A DNA stretch of 62,440 nt, the filler included, from Rhabdomonas costata (lineage: Eukaryota), in NCBI GenBank assembly GCA_019059605.1. It is 30 parts of 30 records of this genome, joined end to end, with 100 filler letters (N's around TTAATTAATTAA, not from the genome) between each part and the next. Parts side by side here need not be neighbours in the genome. Positions count along the whole stretch, not along the records: positions 58,373 to 60,358 come from JAHMHO010006717.1; positions 60,459 to 62,440 come from JAHMHO010006718.1; 28 more parts are not named here. One strand, 5' to 3'. Position 1 is the first letter of the stretch. Every line of letters begins with the position of its first letter. The translations under genes were made by a program, and so were the position numbers. Positions 58,373 through 62,440 of the stretch are shown here, piece after piece. The notes beneath the pieces were generated by a model. It saw only the letters and a list, made by a program, of their open reading frames with translations, was not told where the DNA came from and made no database searches.

Positions 58373-58926
58373 GCGGCCGAGGTCGCAATACAACGTCTTT
58401 TCGGGACGACCGGTCGATCAAACCTTCGGAAGGAGCTTCTCTCCTCACCGAGAGGTTGCGCAGGTCCTCAGCGTGCAGCGAGAACGCGAGCCTCGGCGCG
58501 GAGAACGGCAGAGCTACAGGAAGCGAGACAAGCGTGTGGATCGTGGCCGCTCCACCTCCCACTCTCCTGCCTCCTTCCAGAAGTCTCGGAAATCCTCAGC
58601 TTCTTTCAGCACAAGCCGACGACACTCATACCAGAGAGAGCGTCCCCCTCTTCGAGAAAAAGAGCGGAGCACTGAAGGTAGAGATCGCAGGGACAAGGAA
58701 CGCCGAGACCGCAGAGACAGCGACAGACCGCAAAGTAGAGAGCGCAGGGACAAAGGTGAACGCCGCTCGTGACTGTTTTTACTGTGGTGGGGAGGACCAT
58801 TGGGCTTCCACGTGTCCCAAGAAGCGAGAGGATGAGAGAAGGTACGGGAAGAGCAGAAGGGAGAGGAACCCACCTCGTTCGGCTTCCTCCTCTTCAAGGC
58901 AGTCGGAAAAAGTGAGCGGTCGTTGA
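58373..58926 (+). pseudogene. Gag-like Arg/Ser/Asp-rich ORF with CCHC zinc knuckle, frameshifted
   Basis: CFYCGGEDHWASTC (C-X2-C-X4-H-X4-C) at 58774-58815 lies +1 relative to the upstream RS/RD-rich frame, which stops at 58770-58772. Confidence 0.55.
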
Positions 58927-60570
58927 GTTGGGCTTCATCGACCGAACACTGTGTGCCCCGCCCCCCACCGTGTCAGTGTGGTAACGTATATCACTTGTTC
59001 CATGCGGAGAGGGACTCTCTCGATCTCGGAAAGCTGAGTTCGTGGACGCCACAATGCAGACAGATGACTGGTTTTGGAGTGCGTAGCGCCTAAGACCACC
59101 CTGCCGCTTGCAGGGAATCCAATGTCAGGAGCGCGGGAGGTTGCTTGCGGAGAGCCCTCCACCGTGATCCAGAGACAGGATGGAAGTCCATTCCTTCCTT
59201 AGAGCCACCAGATTGCTCTCTGAAGCATGCGGAGTGCTTCAGCAGATGGCTTGCGGAGTGCTGTCTGAGGAGGAGGTCTGCGGATTGCCCAAGGCATGCG
59301 GAGTGCCCGGACAGGAGACATGCGGAGTTTCCCCCGTGAGTCCACGCAGCAGCCGACCGATTCAGAGAGACCTGGTCTGTGGAGGACATTGTCTCGCTTT
59401 GTTGGCCGATTGCCTCAGCCATCTTTGCGACATCTTGCAGAACCGCTTACCACCAAAACACCCGTGAGGAAGGAGGACACATCATCCTGTTTTACCTCGC
59501 TTTGCGGTGACCGTTTCCGGATGCCCACCGCGCAGCGGCTCGGGGCGACAAAGACATGCTGGAACTGTTGGAGTTGGAAATCCGAAAGCTCCTGGAAAAG
59601 TTCAAGTTTAACTCACAAAAGCGTCACGTTTTGTGCATATGAAGGCAAACGCACCTACGAACCCACGCATGAACCCTTTCCCAACATCGGACCACAGCCC
59701 ATGACCACCGAAACCACCAAACCAAGGGCAAGCTGCACCACGACCGTCCTGATCCTGCTCCAAATGGCCTCAGTCAATGGCCATCCACCGGAACTACGAG
59801 CGCAGATATATACTCTTGAAGACCATATTCTCATCGACGTGAAGGCCGTGACCTCCAAATATTGTAAACCCATACCCTAAGGCCGAAACATGACCACATC
59901 CACCAGCACGAATGCCGAAACCGAACCCGAGACGAAAGCATAAACCGACGCGGAAATTGACACCGTGAGGTCAACATCGTGGTAGGGACCACGTTAGCAC
60001 TCCCAGCCCACGACCTAAGGGGCTACCTAGTGGCATGTAGGGGGTATGGATGTCGGGCCTTTTTTTGGCGCTATAGTGGTATCTGTGTGGTCGGTCTGTG
60101 TGGGTGTATCCGGGTTGATGATAATTTTTTTTGCACACCAGGGTGTATTTAGGTGTTTAAGGATAGCCATGTTGTCGGAAGCTCTCTTTTAAAAACATCT
60201 TCAAGGCCATTCTTTGATATGATAGGTGGTGTTGAAGGTGCGACGTCCCCTAACCCGAGGTGAGTTGGTGGGGGGGCTCGGTCCCCCCCCCCTCCGTCGT
60301 GCATCGCCTCCCAACCACACGCCATCACATTATCATGATCAAGAGGGCCCATATACAANNNNNNNNNNNNNNNNNNNNNNNNNNNNNNNNNNNNNNNNNN
60401 NNTTAATTAATTAANNNNNNNNNNNNNNNNNNNNNNNNNNNNNNNNNNNNNNNNNNNNACAGGGACAATATACCACACAACCGCACCTTCATGCAAACAC
60501 ATATACATAGACACGCAAGCTGTGTCGTTCGGTGGAGCACGAAAGCCACCCGGAAAGGTCACAGGCACAC

Positions 60571-62382
60571 CAGCAGCACCCACGCTTCCACCGTGTCTCT
60601 GTACTGCTCCGTCACCTTGCGAAAGACCCGTGCGGCCTCCATGTCTCGGCCCAGAAGCACCAGCAGCCGCCCCAGGGCCGTCAGGGAGTCGCGGTCCTCA
60701 GGAGCCACCCTAAGGGCCTGCTGCAGGCACTCCACGGCGGCTTCCAGGTCGCCTTTCTGGACTTTCAACTGGGCAAGAGCGTATTGGGCAAGGGGGAGCT
60801 CTGGGCACGTAGCGGTGGCCTGGCTGTAGAAGGTGAACGCCCCGCTGTGGTCACCCTCCGCATGCCTGGCTCGGCCCAGCTGATACCAGGCGAGAGCCTG
60901 CGCATATGCGAGGAAACAATGCAATAACCTGTCCTTTACCTTCGGTTGTTGGCGATGGCAGTTGAAAACAGCCGGGGCGTGACGCCTGACACCAGAAGCG
61001 CCGTCTCAAGCGCTCCAAATCTGACCCCCCCCACACACACACACACGAAAAAGTGTCGCGGGTACCCCCAGTAAACCCTGCACAAAAATCGAGTCATGTT
61101 TTTCGGCCGCGCACCGTTCACCCACTTTGGCTCTTCGGCTTCTTCGCCTCGTGCAACGTTTTAACCCGCTTTCTCAACCTTCTACAATTAACTCCGCAAA
61201 TTATGCTTTGAGTCCCACAATTGTGCGACTCAATGTGCACTGTAACTATCACCACACTATCTGACAAAAGTGGCTTCCTGTCGTCTGAAGTGGTTGCAAA
61301 CGATTCAAGCACCTTGACTTGGATGTTCTCCGTTCCATCCAAAGCTCTGCGAGCCAGCTCAGAAGACTTGTTGAAGCTTCCGGGAGGAAGCTCCTTGGCC
61401 TCTCGGGCCAAATTGAGCACGTACTGATTGTGAAACAAGTGGTCCGCAAAGGTATTCAGCACAACCGGATGGTTTGCTTGAACTGCAAAGGCACGCTTCA
61501 GTAGACCCAAGGCCTGAGAAAGCCGCCGCGAAGCAAAAAAATCAACAACACCCAAAATTTTTCATCCAGGCTGCAAAAAAAATAGAGCTGAAAAAATGGC
61601 ACCACCTCCTCAAACTGGGGCTTGTTGCGAATGTCCAGATCTACGAGAGCAAGCCCCACCAATCCCACGGCATTATTCGGCTCCAGAGCTACCACTCGTG
61701 CAAAGCAACGCTTGGCTTTGACTAGATTTTTCAGCTTGTACCAGCAGTAGGCCAAGCCCAGTCTGACAAAGGCAGGGCACGAGGGGTTCTTCTTAAGTGC
61801 CTGACCGTACCACTCCAGCGCTTTGGAATAATTCTGTTCCATGTACATCACCAGCCCCAACCCCACCATGACAAGAACGTTTCCCGAGTCCATTCGGAGG
61901 GCGGTCTCAAAGTAATCCTTCGCTCCAGATCGGTCCCCCGTCAGCAGAAGGCGAAACCCACGGAGGGCAAACGGCAAGGCGTCCGTCGCGTTGATGTTTG
62001 CGGCCTGGTTGGCGTACCCCTCGGCGAGGTCCAACAGCTCAACGCGGTGCTTCGAATCGGCCTTGGCGGCTTTTGAAAGGTGGAAGGCAGCTAAAGAGCA
62101 CAGCACAACGAAGCGGTCTTCGCCAGTGCTCTCGGGGAGAAAATGCATGTTCTCATAGGCCTCTTTCATGACTTGCAGGTAGCTTTGAGGCTGATGGATC
62201 GCATGGTAAGCAAGCGCAATGTCCACCCAGAACGAGAGCGCCGCGGCTTCATGCTTCAAGAGATGAAATATGTCCTCGATAGAGTCTTTCCGAACATCAA
62301 CAGAGACATGCCCAAGAGTACCTCCGACAGAAACAGGAATGGTGACAACAGAATGTCGCGCGGTGCTTTCTTCCATTGTCAT
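60571..62382 (-). CDS. CTR9: PAF1 complex TPR subunit CTR9, N-terminal three exons
   Basis: Exons 62382-61606, 61513-61313 and 60897-60571: TIPV..LKHEAAAL.FWVDIALAY, ALKKNPSCPAFVRLGLAYC, HPVVLNTFADHLF, AWYQLGRARHAEGD..AFTFYSQA..LAQYALAQL. Confidence 0.92.
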
Positions 62383-62440
62383 TACAGTATCACAGCATCA
62401 TGGAGCTTTGCTGAGAAAAAAACGCGGAAGACCAAAAACC

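Noticed and set aside
1..62440. A gene cluster or operon (e.g. glycosylation genes GT90, GT23 and GNPTAB together)
   Set aside because: The genes lie on separate contigs concatenated by size, so co-occurrence is not linkage.

Overview
This window is not one locus. It is 30 unrelated ~1.97-1.99 kb contigs joined by 29 artificial 100-bp spacers (N44-TTAATTAATTAA-N44), so adjacency across spacers carries no biological meaning. Most contigs start G/T-rich and end A/C-rich, which suggests whole-genome amplification with G/T-only primers. The DNA is from an intron-rich flagellated eukaryote with TTAGGG repeats; GT-N-N-G donors and acceptor-like sites just before start codons suggest a euglenozoan, but this is inference. 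Spliced gene fragments recognised by eye: axonemal dynein intermediate chain (DNAI2), SEC24, CTR9, CDC20, VWA8, GNPTAB/Stealth, GT90 and GT23 glycosyltransferases, a CPA2 antiporter, a Vps39-like CNH protein, an IP3R-like MIR exon, SAP/IQ/ankyrin proteins, an OSR1/SPAK-type probable pseudokinase, and an ARTC ADP-ribosyltransferase upstream of Sel1 repeats. There is also one complete intronless MFS transporter. The best leads are a terminally redundant 1,914-bp MFS unit (circle or tandem array), a TpA-rich decayed zinc-finger element (RIP-like?), the ART/Sel1 contig, the pseudokinase, GC-AG and AAG splice sites, and several hairpin/MITE-like and head-to-head telomeric elements. All homology calls are motif recognition without database searches, and no new system is demonstrated.
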